From positions 361,077-425,076 of the forward strand of contig BCKZ01000016.1 in assembly GCA_001600815.1 (NCBI GenBank): a stretch of 64,000 nt of DNA, written 5' to 3'. The DNA comes from Alloascoidea hylecoeti (Eukaryota). Under the pieces are notes generated by a model, which did no database searches, was not told where the DNA came from, and saw nothing but the letters and a program-made list of their open reading frames with translations. This document shows, piece after piece, positions 12,332-24,065 of the stretch; the first letter of the stretch is position 1; each line of letters opens with the position of its first letter. The position numbers and the translations under genes were made by a program.

Positions 12332-13840
12332 ATGACTTTACCACTAGAGGTTACAGTTGCTTTCCCAGATACTTCGGATTATAAACAGCCTACTGGTCTC
12401 TTCATCAATAATGAATTTGTTCCATCAACTTCAAACATCGAAATTCAAGCAATTAACCCAACAACGGGAGAAATTATCACCTCTGTCCACGCAGCTAATG
12501 AAAATGATGTCGATATTGCCGTGAAAGCTGCCAGGAAGGCTTTTACTGATGTCTGGTCACAAGTTCCTCCTACAGAAAAAGGAAAACTCTTGTTCAATCT
12601 TGCCACTTTGATTGAACAAAACGCCGAAGTGCTTGCCAAAATTGAATGCTTGGACTCAGGTAAACCTCTTTACACAAATGCTTTGGCCGATATAGAAGCA
12701 ACTGCTGATTTGTTTAGGTATTATGCTGGATGGTGTGATAAGAGCTTTGGCAAAACTATAGACATTTCACCGACTAAGTATGCCTATGTCTTATACGAAC
12801 CATATGGTGTCGTCGGACAAATTATACCATGGAATTATCCAATTGCAATGGCTGGATGGAAATTAGGGCCTGCTTTAGCTGGTGGTAATACTGTTGTATT
12901 AAAGACTGCTGAACAAACACCATTATCGATGCTTTATCTTGCCAAATTATTTGTGAAAGCTGGCTTTCCACCTGGCGTTGTTAACATCATTTCAGGCTAT
13001 GGTCCAACTGCTGGTGCCGCATTAGCTTCTCATATTGATGTTGATAAAGTTGCGTTCACCGGATCTACTGCAACAGGTAAGATAATCCAAGCGTTAGCTG
13101 CTTCTAACCTGAAAGCTGTCACCTTAGAATGTGGAGGCAAATCGCCTATGCTTATTTTTGATGATGCCGATCTAGATCAAGCTATAAAATGGACGGCATT
13201 TGGCATAATGTATAATATGGGACAGAACTGTACTGCAAACTCTAGAGTTTATGTCCAAGAAGGGGTGTATCAGAAATTTGTCGAAGGGTTTAAAGAATTT
13301 GTAATGAAGGAATACAAGGTAAACGATCCATTTGCAAAGGACACAACTATTGGCCCTTTGGTAACCAAACAGCAACAAGAGCGCGTTTTAAGTTACATTA
13401 ATATTGGGATAGAAGAAGGAGCAACACTATTTCTTGGAGGTGGTAAACCTTCTGCTTCTGAATTTTCCAAAGGATGGTTTGTTGAGCCTACTATATTTAC
13501 CAATGTTAATGATAACATGAGAATTATGAAAGAAGAGATTTTTGGTCCAGTGGTTGGAATTGCTAGCTTTAAAAGCGAGGAAGAAGTATTAGAGCGTGCT
13601 AATAAATCTAGTTACGGTCTTGGATCTGCTATTTTTACCAACGACATTAAAAGAGCGCATAATATGGCAAGAAAGATTCAAGCAGGAATGGTTTACATCA
13701 ATTCTAGTAATGATGAAGACCACAGAATTCCATTTGGTGGGGTGAAATTAAGTGGTGTTGGAAGAGAATTAGGACCCGAAGGAATATCAATGTATACACA
13801 AGCCAAATCTATTCATGTTAATCTAGGATCATCGTTGTAA
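12332..13840 (+). CDS. Cytosolic NAD(P)+ aldehyde dehydrogenase (ALD2/3-like)
   Basis: GQIIPWNYP, FTGSTATG, LECGGKSP, GQNCTA, EEIFGPV and PFGGVKLSG motifs; no presequence. Confidence 0.93.
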   Translation: MTLPLEVTVAFPDTSDYKQPTGLFINNEFVPSTSNIEIQAINPTTGEIITSVHAANENDVDIAVKAARKAFTDVWSQVPPTEKGKLLFNLATLIEQNAEVLAKIECLDSGKPLYTNALADIEATADLFRYYAGWCDKSFGKTIDISPTKYAYVLYEPYGVVGQIIPWNYPIAMAGWKLGPALAGGNTVVLKTAEQTPLSMLYLAKLFVKAGFPPGVVNIISGYGPTAGAALASHIDVDKVAFTGSTATGKIIQALAASNLKAVTLECGGKSPMLIFDDADLDQAIKWTAFGIMYNMGQNCTANSRVYVQEGVYQKFVEGFKEFVMKEYKVNDPFAKDTTIGPLVTKQQQERVLSYINIGIEEGATLFLGGGKPSASEFSKGWFVEPTIFTNVNDNMRIMKEEIFGPVVGIASFKSEEEVLERANKSSYGLGSAIFTNDIKRAHNMARKIQAGMVYINSSNDEDHRIPFGGVKLSGVGRELGPEGISMYTQAKSIHVNLGSSL

Positions 13841-13984
13841 AAAATTGTTAAATAAATGGTATATGTCATATTAAGATATAATAGTACTATTGCTCTTCAA
13901 ATTAAAAGTCAGTAAGCTCATTAGCACACGACTGCATAGTAAATAAATTATGTTAGGGCTATGTGGAAAAATAAATTTCATTTG

Positions 13985-14003
13985 TTACCCGGACGCGTAT
14001 ATA
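13985..14003 (+). promoter_or_regulatory. Reb1 site (TTACCCGG) plus TATA-like element upstream of U4 snRNA
   Basis: TTACCCGG at 13985-13992 and TATATA at 13998, followed by a T-rich tract up to the U4 start. Confidence 0.55.
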
Positions 14004-14051
14004 TGAAAGCAGTTCAACACTTTTTCTTTTCTCTTTTCCTTTTTTTTCCCC

Positions 14052-14192
14052 ATCTTTATGCTCGGGCATTACGCATATCAGTGAGGATTTGTTCCGAGAT
14101 TGTGTATTTGCTGGTTGAAAACTTTAACCTAGACCGCTCTTTATTACCGTACAGCCTCTGGCTGCGGTTTTAAAGGAATTTTTGGATAAACC
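14052..14192 (+). ncRNA. SNR14: U4 spliceosomal snRNA
   Basis: ATCTTTATGCTCGGGCATTACGCATATCAGTGAGGATTTGTTCCGAGATTGTGTATTTGCTGGTTGAAA closely matches the yeast U4 5' region (U6-pairing stems and kink-turn). Sm site AATTTTTGG at 14177-14185. The 3' end is approximate. Confidence 0.93.
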
Positions 14193-14214
14193 GATTAGTT
14201 GTGTAACTTTGGTC

Positions 14215-14266
14215 TCAACTTTTCTATGATGGGTGGCGAGGTCGTCGCACGTTTTAGAAAAGTTGA
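14215..14266 (+). other. Rnt1 (RNase III)-type AGNN-tetraloop hairpin downstream of U4
   Basis: 24-bp stem (2 mismatches, several G-U pairs): TCAACTTTTCTATGATGGGTGGCG / CGTCGCACGTTTTAGAAAAGTTGA, closing an AGGT loop at 14239-14242. Confidence 0.75.
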
Positions 14267-14306
14267 TATTAAAATATCTGTTTGCTACTTGAATCTAAAC
14301 TTATTT

Positions 14307-15998
14307 TTACCTATTTAAAATTTTAATGCTTTGTCCAGCTTCGATTACATAATAATTCAGTTGTTTAAGATTATCGTTAAGATGTTGTTCAATGATGCCC
14401 CCCGTGTTAGAAGTTGACAGAAGATAGAGATCTATGTTTTTTGGAGATAGATTAAATTGTCGTGCCACAGACGTTCGGAATTTTTGTACTGTGCTACTTA
14501 AAAGGAACCTTCTTTTCTTAACAACATTTTCATGTATCAAATTGAGTTCAATCAATCGGGATTTTAACTCATTTGTTTTCTTTTTCTGTATATTGTGTTT
14601 TCCATGTTTCTCTTCGAGCTTTTTCCATCTTGGCGTATTTAAATTGAAGTCAAACTCTCCCTGTGATACTTTAGACATGAGGAATAATTCTGCGTTTGTT
14701 CGTTCTTTATCTGTCACTGTTGTCGCATTTAATTTCGAGATATTCCCCCAGATTCCTATTAGATAAAAGGGAACATCATCAGCACTCATTTGATCAAAAA
14801 CAGGATTGCCATTTATTCGAAGATCAGTGACCTCCGGCAATAGCTCACTTAGGACTGATATTGTATTCCATTCTTTTATCAGGTTGTGTCTGATATCAAT
14901 AGATTTCAGTCCTTTCCATGATGTGATGTCAAAATCCTTTGATGTATCATAATCAGTAATTGAATTTGATGATAAATCGAGATGTTTAATTGTAGAAATC
15001 TTTGATAATGTCCAGGGAATTCGACTCAAATTATTAAATGAAATGTCTAGGATTTCTAGATGTTTTAGGTTGAAAAGTCCCTCAACAAAATCCTCGGTCT
15101 GAAGTTGGTTTGTAGCTATACTTATTTCTCTCAAATTTGGAAACGATTGTGCAAGATAAGAAAGCTCGGTTTTAGTTATTAATGTAGTTGATGATAGAAG
15201 AGTATTAAGTTGTAATACGGGCTTTAGAATCTGCAATTCGGTTGATTTCCAGAATCGATTTCCACTACGTATTGGTTAGCAAGTTAAATATTACTAATAA
15301 TACACTCCAAATAGACATACTTAATGTTTAAAGTTGATAATTTTGGTAGACTTCTGGCGATTTCAACCACTTCGGACAAATCATCGAATAGATTAAATGA
15401 TATATCTAAATCATTGGTTATTGGTATGATATCTTCTAATACCTTTTTATCGGGATTCCCATAAACACCTTTACGGCTTAAAGAGATAACTTGTAGTTGG
15501 TCATAATGACTTGAATAAATAGCTTGATTAGTTAAAAGTCAAAAAAATATTACTTTATGGTACTCACGATTGTATTTCAGATAGTTTATCAAATCCAAGA
15601 GTTTCCACGACTTTTGCACCAAATGTTATAGCTTCTAATGACTCGTCAATTTGAGCTAGGCCATATTGTTCTGTGAGTGCTTGATAAAAGGTTTTCCGTG
15701 GATCAAAGTGGCTGTTACTTTTCATAAATGATCCTGAACCAGGTATTCGGCCTATGAAATATATATCTGTTAAAATAATTCAAAAACTCATTAAGATATT
15801 TAGACATGTTAGAATAAGCATACAATTAAAGTAAGTATTTCCTTTATATGTTCCGTTATGTTTTCCTCGTGATGGATTGTCCCATTCAAGGCCATAAGTA
15901 GTGACCCCTGGCCATGCCGGTATTTCACCAATGTAATTTATTGTGCATAGTTCTCCCTTATAAGAAAGTCGTGAACCAATGCCTAAGGTGGTTGTCAT
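14307..15998 (-). CDS. PAC2: Tubulin-folding cofactor E (CAP-Gly, LRR, ubiquitin-like), 3 introns
   Basis: YIGEIPAWPG..YGLEWDNPSRGKHNG CAP-Gly motif, then C.IPGSGSF and GFDKL after splicing, leucine-rich repeats, ERTNAELF, and a C-terminal UBL. Confidence 0.9.
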
Positions 15999-16218
15999 GA
16001 TCTCCTGCTCAATCTAATGCAATTGGCTTACTGTTTTATAAATTGAAAGATATCTGTATTGGAAATCTTAGTTTTGGGTGTTGTGCAGAAATTTAAAAAA
16101 TTATATAAGCTCAAATTTAATTAACTTATATGGACATTTATAATTAAATGTTCTTTTCAGCTATTGTACAGGAAATTTGGTTACAGACTTAATTTATGAT
16201 TATATATAATCTACTATA

Positions 16219-17604
16219 TCAATCAGCCATAATCTCGTCTTCAAAATCCAAATCATTAAAAAGATCGCCTAAATCAAATTCTTCACCCCATTCTGATACG
16301 ACCTTTGCTTGTTCAGTTTTGGAAGCAGCTGCTGAAGCAGAAGTTGGTAAAGCTGGTATTATATTATCACCTTTCTTATCATCAATAACAGGTTTACTTA
16401 AGTCGGGTGTAACATAACCAACAATCCGGCCATCACGCCAATCATTTAAAATTGTCATTGCAGCAGCTTCAATATTTGGGATCCCACCTCTTCCCAATCT
16501 TCCTCGTTTGATTGCAACGTGAATCAGAAACTCCTTAGTAAAGCTATCTAAGGAAGATGTTTCAGTTGGGGTAATTTCATAAAGTTTGCAAATGTTTTCT
16601 AAAAGTTCATTGTTTTGAGCTTGTCTTTTCAAGAGCAATGAAACGGCCGAGAGAGGATCGGTAATTTGTTTTGGCGGTAGAGCATTTAGTAGAACTAAGC
16701 GTGCTTCTTCATTTATATCATCACTCTTTTCCCCTGGAAAAACTATCCCAGGTGAATCTATGATCTTTAATTTATTGTCAATTTTAACTTCTCGTAATGA
16801 TGTTGTAACTCCAGCCTGATTACCAACCGGACAGACCTTCGAGTTATTTCCATGTCTTGATATAAGAGAATTGATAATTGAAGATTTTCCAACATTAGGA
16901 TACCCTATTATACCTACGGTAATGGATCTTTTCAAGTTAGATCTATTTGCATATGTTTTCAATGCTTGTAATAAGGAGTTTGCAGTTGCAATTTGGGTCA
17001 ACTTTTTATGATTAAAAGTTGTAGCATTAGGAGCGCCAGAAGAGGCTCTTAAGGGAATTGTAGGAAAAGATGTTTTTAGATAATCTACCCATTGTTTTAA
17101 AACATTTGTAGGAATCAAATCAATTTTATTTAAAACCAGTATTAATCGTTTGTTCTTAGTAGATAATATTGCTTTCTCAACTTCTTTTGATCTTGTTGAT
17201 TCGGGATCCCTTGCATCGAGAACATAGAGAACAACATCTGCTGCATCAATCACTTCTTTGAAAACTTTGTCATAAGCTTTTCGTGATTTGTCTTGATTTT
17301 TCAAGTCATCATCATCCAAATTTTCATTATTTAAATGTATTGGATGTTCGTTTTCTACATTTTGGGGATCATCTACTGAGGCCATAATTGAAATAATAGA
17401 TTTTCCATTTGGTTCGTGCTTTTTTATATCAAAAATATTCCCATTATATTTTCCTACTGATGATGGTACAGATGATTGCTTTTTTGTGGGTTTTTTCACG
17501 GCTCCATTAGAAACCTTCTTAGTTCTTCCCTCTATGTTAAGTATTTGTCATTAGTTTAGAATTTCGATGTTAAAAGAAATTAATAACATACTTTTTCCTT
17601 TCAT
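16219..17604 (-). CDS. NUG1: Circularly permuted nucleolar GTPase, Nug1/GNL3 family; micro-exon 17604-17592, intron 17591-17532
   Basis: KSRKAYDKVFKEVIDAADVVLYVLDARDP, LNKIDL, GYPNVGKSS, AGVTT, DSPG, RGRLGRGGIP and VVSEWGEEFDL. Confidence 0.85.
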
Positions 17605-17886
17605 TATACATAGAATGAATTTTGAGCTAAAAATGAAAATATTAAACCTGATAAAAATGAAAATTTGATTAACCTGTTCACTATTAGCTAATGATTACAT
17701 AAACAACTAATTAGTGCCAGTCAGCGATAAGGAAATTAAACCTATTAATCTATCTAAATATCAGGGAATTGAGACCACTGTAGATATCCCGAGTCCTAAC
17801 GTATAACCTATGACTATATACTTCTACAATAATATCAAATATTTTGGTGTAACGAATAGCATATGAAAAACGTTAGCAGTATGTAG

Positions 17887-17899
17887 CCGGGTTACCCGG
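17887..17899. promoter_or_regulatory. Overlapping inverted Reb1-like sites (CCGGGTTACCCGG) in the NUG1/CKA divergent region
   Basis: Near-palindrome containing TTACCCGG. An RRPE-like TGAAAATTT lies at 17658-17666 near NUG1. Confidence 0.5.
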
Positions 17900-18471
17900 A
17901 CACGCCATCGTATTATTCAAACCTTAATATTTATAATAAAATGATAAAAATATGGGAATAATAATTACTACTTTTGATAAGTTGATATTAATATTAATAT
18001 CAATGAATACAATATGAAGTTTGCAACTCTAAAAAAACGGCTTGGTTACAACAAACTGCCCTAAACCTCCGGATGTGGATCTCCAAATGTATACGTAACT
18101 TATATCTTTACAGTTACATAATATCAGCATAAATTATAAGTTTAAGATGATCACCAATCGATAGTTCCACTGAAAATACATATCAATCTTTTTTTATATC
18201 TTAATTATAAAAAAGTTTCATTCCTATTTTTAAAAATGAGATATCATATATTTGCAGGTATAATTTATTAGAGATGCATTAATAATTCTTCTCCAGTACA
18301 TTTTTTCTCTTACCTCCTCCACCCAACAATTCCTCAATCTCAGATTAGATACAATCCACCAAAGACCATAACGTACTACGTTACCTAAAAGGAAAAATTC
18401 ATATCCTTTTTATAGCACGAAAGGGTTATATTTATTTATCACTCAAAGAATATTAATTTTTATTGCCCAAG

Positions 18472-19533
18472 ATGGAAAATTCTGTGTCAGTGGCGAGGGT
18501 ATATGCCGATTTTAATGAGAAAATGCCCAAAAAATATTGGGATTATGGTATGTTTTTAATTATTTATAAATACCCTCTTATCTTTAGTAGTAGTATTATT
18601 AACTTTGAATTAGAAAATGTAAATATTCGTTGGGGTAGACAAGAATCTTATGAAATTATCCGTAAAATTGGTCGCGGAAAATATTCTGAAGTATTTGAAG
18701 GAATGGATATTACAACACTGAATAAAATAATTATAAAATGTTTAAAACCTGTTAAACGGAAAAAAATTAAAAGAGAAATTAAAATTTTACAAAATTTATC
18801 AAATCAAGGTGGTCAACAAAATAATATTGTTGCTTTATTAAATGTTGTAAGAGATTCTGATTCAAAATTACCTGCTTTAGTATTTGAAAAAATTGATAAT
18901 GTAGATTTTAGAACTCTTTATCCAAAATTTACAGATCTAGAGATTAGATTTTACATGTTGGAATTATTGAAAGCTTTGGATTTTTGTCATTCAAAGGGAA
19001 TTATGCATCGCGATATTAAACCACATAATGTGATGATTGACCATAATAAACGGGTTTTACGTTTGATTGATTGGGGTTTAGCTGAATTCTATCATCCTGG
19101 TACAGAATATAATGTTAGAGTAGCTAGTCGGTACTGGAAAGGTCCTGAATTATTAGTAGATTTCAGAAATTATGATTATTCTTTAGATCTTTGGAGTTTT
19201 GGTGCAATGTTTGCAAGTTTAATTTTTAAAAGAGATCCTTTTTTCCATGGAAGTTCAAATACTGATCAATTGGTTAAGATTATCAGAGTACTTGGTATAG
19301 ATGATTTTACTAAATATATTGAAAAATATAACATAACTTTAGGTTCTGAATATGATAACTTAGATCCAAACATTACAAAGAAAAGTTGGCAAAGATTCGT
19401 TACACCAGCAAATTCACAATTTTGCAGTAAAGAAGCATTGGATTTTGTTGATAAATTACTAAGATATGATCATCAAAAAAGATTAACAGCTAAAGAAGCT
19501 ATGCAACATCCATATTTTGACCCAGTTAGATAA
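18472..19533 (+). CDS. Casein kinase II catalytic (alpha) subunit, intron 18548-18613
   Basis: [54 protein letters not shown] and [17 protein letters not shown]1 versus CKA2 is not resolved. Confidence 0.95.
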   Translation: MENSVSVARVYADFNEKMPKKYWDYGMFLIIYKYPLIFSSSIINFELENVNIRWGRQESYEIIRKIGRGKYSEVFEGMDITTLNKIIIKCLKPVKRKKIKREIKILQNLSNQGGQQNNIVALLNVVRDSDSKLPALVFEKIDNVDFRTLYPKFTDLEIRFYMLELLKALDFCHSKGIMHRDIKPHNVMIDHNKRVLRLIDWGLAEFYHPGTEYNVRVASRYWKGPELLVDFRNYDYSLDLWSFGAMFASLIFKRDPFFHGSSNTDQLVKIIRVLGIDDFTKYIEKYNITLGSEYDNLDPNITKKSWQRFVTPANSQFCSKEALDFVDKLLRYDHQKRLTAKEAMQHPYFDPVR

Positions 19534-19669
19534 AGATATAAAAGTTTGTGTATCATTAATTATTTTCCCCATTTTTTTTTTTTTTTTTTTTTCATCTTAT
19601 AATCATATTTTTGCAACTATAAGAAAAAGTAAGATAAATATAGCTATAGATTTATATAATGAAATAATT

Positions 19670-20403
19670 TTAAAATTGCCATTCAATTTTTGTCATATAG
19701 AGACTTAATCTAAAAATATCACATTCGAATGCATATTTGTTAAACTCTTGCCTTTTTAGTTCAAATAATTGTTTTTGTTTGTTAATACTTGACTTATTGT
19801 TAATGTTATGATTAACATTTGGAGTTAATATTGTAAGCTTTTCTTGTGCAATTGTGTTTAAAATAGTAAGTCCATATAAAAGAACTTCATGTTTAAAATG
19901 ATTTTTAGATGATGTAAAATTCTCAAGTTTTGTTGATGTATCTTTGTTAAAAATGTCATCAATGCCTTCACCTTCAATTTGATTCTGAATTTTTTTTTTT
20001 GGCTCTAATTCGCTTTTATCACTAGCTAAAGCTTCACTAAAAGGTGTCACGCTTCTTATAGATTTCAATACTCCTAAAATCTTATCCATCAATTGTATTA
20101 AAAGTTCTTAAGATATTTCATATTAGTTTATCAAGTCAAGATTATTATAATCACAAAACATACCATAAAATAAATCTAAAAAGTTAATTTGATTACATTT
20201 AGAAATCAAATTTGCTAAAAAATTAGATATTATTAATGTTATATTAAATTCTTTTAATTTTGAATAATTAGTTGGTAATGTTCTCATTGTAAGATTATAA
20301 TGATATGCTAAAGTTTTAGGTAACATTTTTAAAAGTGTTAAGAATGTTGAATTAATTAATTCATAAATAAAAGAATTATTAACAACATATTTAAATCTTT
20401 TGC

Positions 20404-20446
<43 letters not shown>

Positions 20447-21418
20447 ATTATTATTAATATTAAATTCTTTTGATTGTGATTGAATAAGTTGTGTAAAAAA
20501 TGAAAATAAATTTATAAAACTAATATCAAAAATTGAACTTGGTGAATTTTTTAATTGTTTAAAATTATTTGGTCCTAAATTTGGTAAATTTTCACTAATT
20601 GATAATAAATTAACTAAATTTTGTGAATCTGATTTTAATTGAAATTCATCTTCTAAAATTTGAAAAAATGTATTTAATTTATTTTTAATTGTTAATTCAT
20701 CAATTTGTTTTGAAGAAAATGCAATAAAAGTTGTTATAATATAAATATCTATAATTATTATTAGTTTAATTCGATTGTAATTAATTATTAAATCCATAAA
20801 AAAATATACCTTCTAAACTAGATTTTTGTTTATATGGTTTTAGTTTTATAACTTCAGATAAATCATTATAATCATATGTATATGAATTAGTTTTTTTAAG
20901 TAAATTCTCAGAATTTTGATTTATAATAGATTCTTCCTTTGAGTTCGAGTTTGATGATGAAGAAAGTTTCTTTCTTTTAACAATATGATCCCCTTTTTTT
21001 GAAATAATACTTGAATTTTGAATTAAAGGTTCATTATTTTTAATATAACTTGACAATTTATCTAATTGTAATCTTAATTGCATAGCTTCATATAATTTCC
21101 ATTCATATTTAGTTTGCCAATATTCAGTCACATCAAATTGTTTTTTAACCAATGAATCAACAAAACCTAGAAAAATGTTGGAACTTTTGCACATATCTAT
21201 GGAAAGAGTAATCACTCACTTGAAATGGTATAAGATTCTGGTTTCATTTTGATTACAGAAACGGCCTGTTATATCAAAGGTAATAAAGAGTTAGATTGAA
21301 TCACAACATGAAGAATGTGATCATGATTAATAAATAATAATTAATGTAAGCATACAACTGTAAATTTAAACATCTCTTCTTCAGAAGAAAATAATTTCTC
21401 AAATTGTATTAAACTCAT
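19670..21418 (-). CDS. Hypothetical multi-exon protein with a poly-Asn tract
   Basis: ATG at 21418 (MSLIQFEKLFSSEEEMFKFTV|GTATGC). ORF pieces 20781-21215, 20123-20797 and 19670-20092 are separated by plausible GT..CTAAT..AG introns. No family recognised. Confidence 0.55.
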
Positions 21419-22237
21419 AATTAATAAATGTACAATTAAAAAGAAAGAAAAAAAAAAAGTAGCAAGCTTTTGTAAACTTTTTTCTTTTTGGGAATTGTCA
21501 TTTTTGAGTTACTATGTGGTCACGTGGTGTGGTGTGGAAGTGCGACAGCAAACAGTTTTGGATAATAGATTTACAATAATCTTTCTATACTGAAATAAGT
21601 TTTTGATCAGCAATTGTTTAGAATTGTATTTTTGTTATGTATGGGTATTTCGTATTTCATTGCTATTCAAATATTCAATGATTTATTAGGTTGTATGTTG
21701 TCTAGATCTCGTAAAGTTGATAAACAACTGAAATGTTGGGCCTCATGAAATAGCAACACTATAAATCTTTCCTTTCTGGTAATACTGGTGCTATTAATAG
21801 ATACTTGCTTCAAGCCACATACTACAAACTTCAAACATGAAATTTGAGCAATAAAAATTGTTTCAAATAGAGCTTGTATTGTAATGTGTAGTTTTTGAGG
21901 ATCAATCAATTACATTTTTATAATTATAGTTACAATATTGGTTTGATGAACATTTGATGAACATGCATAATAACTACAACAACACAAGAAAAAGGCTTGC
22001 TAATAGCTATTAACGTTTTAAGATACATTAGCTATAGATTTAAATAAGAAAAAAAATCACACGATTTATTGTAATCTTTCTATATTTATTTATATGTGTA
22101 TATTTATGTTGTTCAAAAAGAAAAAAAAAAAAAAAATCTTTTTTTAAAGAGCGCGCTAGCAAAATAAAGCAGAATAATAAAAATTAAAAAAAAAAATTAA
22201 AAAAAAATATGGAAAAAAAAGTGTTTATATAACCCCG

Positions 22238-22284
<47 letters not shown>

Positions 22285-22593
22285 TGAATAAAAAATGAAT
22301 AAAAAATCAAAATAATTTACAATCGCATCAAACGTATATATATATATATAGAGAGCAAGACATTGATCATGAATAAATGAGTAATGGTATTAAAAAGACC
22401 CTTTATTTGTATATGTGTACAAGAAGAAAATCAATGTGATGATTAAAACATCTAACGCTCCAGTCAAATAAATTTGAAGCTCCCTCAACAAGTATATTAA
22501 TTATAAATTAAAACTCCTCCCATGTACAGTTAAAGCTCCTTCCAAATAATTTAGTAAATTAGTAATCAAGTAAAATAAATTTAAAGTAATTAG

Positions 22594-23673
22594 TTAATTC
22601 TGACGAGCAAAAGGAACAGTTGCAGGATAAGCTTGAACGGGGATCTGCATCGGTATAGGTATAGAAGGTAATGATTCAGAATTAAAATTCAGAGAATTAT
22701 TTTCAATTTGTGGAATTATACCCATTTGACCACTACAAGCATTAATATCAAATTGTAATATTTGAATTGCTTCTTCATTTGTTTTTAATTTATCACAATC
22801 ATTCATATGAGACATTAATAATCTTTTTAATTTATCAATATGAGTATTTAATGATGATATATGAATATTTAAACCTTGAATTTCCATTTGATAGAATTTT
22901 GCGTCAGATTGAAGTTTTGATAATTCTTGTTTTCTTCTTTTACGACAATTGGAAGCGGCAATTCGATTTCGTTCGAGTATTCTTTCCTTTTTCTCAGCGT
23001 CGTTAAATTTTGACGATAAAATTGAATTATTACTTGTTGGAGAAGTACTATATTTTTCATCAGCGGTGGTATTTGTAGTTGTAGTGGCGGATGGAATTGT
23101 AGGAGAAATAGAAGAAGAATCACTATCCCTTGAATCAGAATTTAAGGATTGTCTTTTTGTGTGGACAGATAGCGGAGTCTGGTCATCTATTTCCAACTCT
23201 CTTTTAACGACGGGAACTGTTTTGGGATCGTCATTTGTTGGAGGTTTCTTTGGGTCTTCGATTTTCGTGTCCGATGGATTTGCGGCGAAAGACGCATCGT
23301 TCTCAGGAGTTCCAAAGTCGTTTAGAAACGAAAAGCCTGGGGTCAGCATTGGCTGGGCACCCGCATTGTAGGGTTTGACGTGTGCAGAGGAGGATGTCAG
23401 GGGAGGGTTGACGTTGTTCATGTCCGGGAAATAGCCCTGCGAGGTGGTGCCGTTGAGGAAGGGAGTGAGGCCCGTGTAGGGGGTGAACCCGGTCCCCAGG
23501 GTGGCTCCCGTCAGGGACGAGATGAAGCCCGGGGTGAAGAGGCCGCTGGTGACGGCCTGGGCGTCCAGGGAGGCGGCCATCGAGGCCAGGGAGGGGGCCA
23601 GTGTGGAACTGAGCGGGTCGGGAGCAGGCACGGCGGATCTTGTGGGCGACATGACGGTTCGTGTCTGGTACAT
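22594..23673 (-). CDS. ATF/CREB-family bZIP transcription factor (Atf1/Aca1/Sko1-like)
   Basis: Basic region ILERNRIAASNCRKRRKQ with a leucine zipper ending LLMSH..C. N-terminal TGFTP.TGLTP repeats resemble the Atf1 HRR region. Confidence 0.85.
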   Translation of the reverse strand: MYQTRTVMSPTRSAVPAPDPLSSTLAPSLASMAASLDAQAVTSGLFTPGFISSLTGATLGTGFTPYTGLTPFLNGTTSQGYFPDMNNVNPPLTSSSAHVKPYNAGAQPMLTPGFSFLNDFGTPENDASFAANPSDTKIEDPKKPPTNDDPKTVPVVKRELEIDDQTPLSVHTKRQSLNSDSRDSDSSSISPTIPSATTTTNTTADEKYSTSPTSNNSILSSKFNDAEKKERILERNRIAASNCRKRRKQELSKLQSDAKFYQMEIQGLNIHISSLNTHIDKLKRLLMSHMNDCDKLKTNEEAIQILQFDINACSGQMGIIPQIENNSLNFNSESLPSIPIPMQIPVQAYPATVPFARQN

Positions 23674-23994
23674 GTTGGCGACCAGAACACGGGGGGACCG
23701 AGGCTGTTATATGCGCCGGGCGAGCAACCCCAACCCCCAACCTTAATCGGCGCACGTGACGCGCCGGGTGACATCATCCTCGCGCGGACGGTCTGGGACG
23801 GTCTGGGCCTGGCTGCACCCGGGCTGCACCTGGCCTGCACCGGCTGGGCCTGCACCTGACCGATGATATCATAAACCTGCCAGCCTGTGTGTGCAGCCCA
23901 ATGTAGCGGAATGGCAGAATGGACATATATGTTGCGTCTGCACTCCACCGCTGACACCAGCCAGTATTTATCTTCTTCCCAGGCCGTCCCTCCC

Positions 23995-24061
23995 ATCCCC
24001 CCATCCCCCCGTCCACCCCGTCCACCCCCGTCCACCCCCGTCCACCCCCGTCCACCCCCGC
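23995..24061. repeat. C-rich tandem repeat, about 5 x GTCCACCCCC, directly before the SPO73-like ATG
   Basis: ccatcccccc gtccaccccg tccacccccg tccacccccg tccacccccg tccacccccg c. Confidence 0.9.
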
Positions 24062-24065
24062 GGAA

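Noticed and set aside
13961..14173. 70-aa ORF
   Set aside because: Overlaps U4 snRNA and its promoter.
21519..21526. GTCACGTG as CDEI of a point centromere
   Set aside because: No CDEII/CDEIII arrangement follows; it and similar sites (2945, 23753, 63446) are better explained as promoter Cbf1 sites.
22241..22280. (AAT)n tracts (also about 20404-20460 and 25399-25448)
   Set aside because: Ordinary microsatellites/poly-Asn; not CRISPR-like or telomeric.
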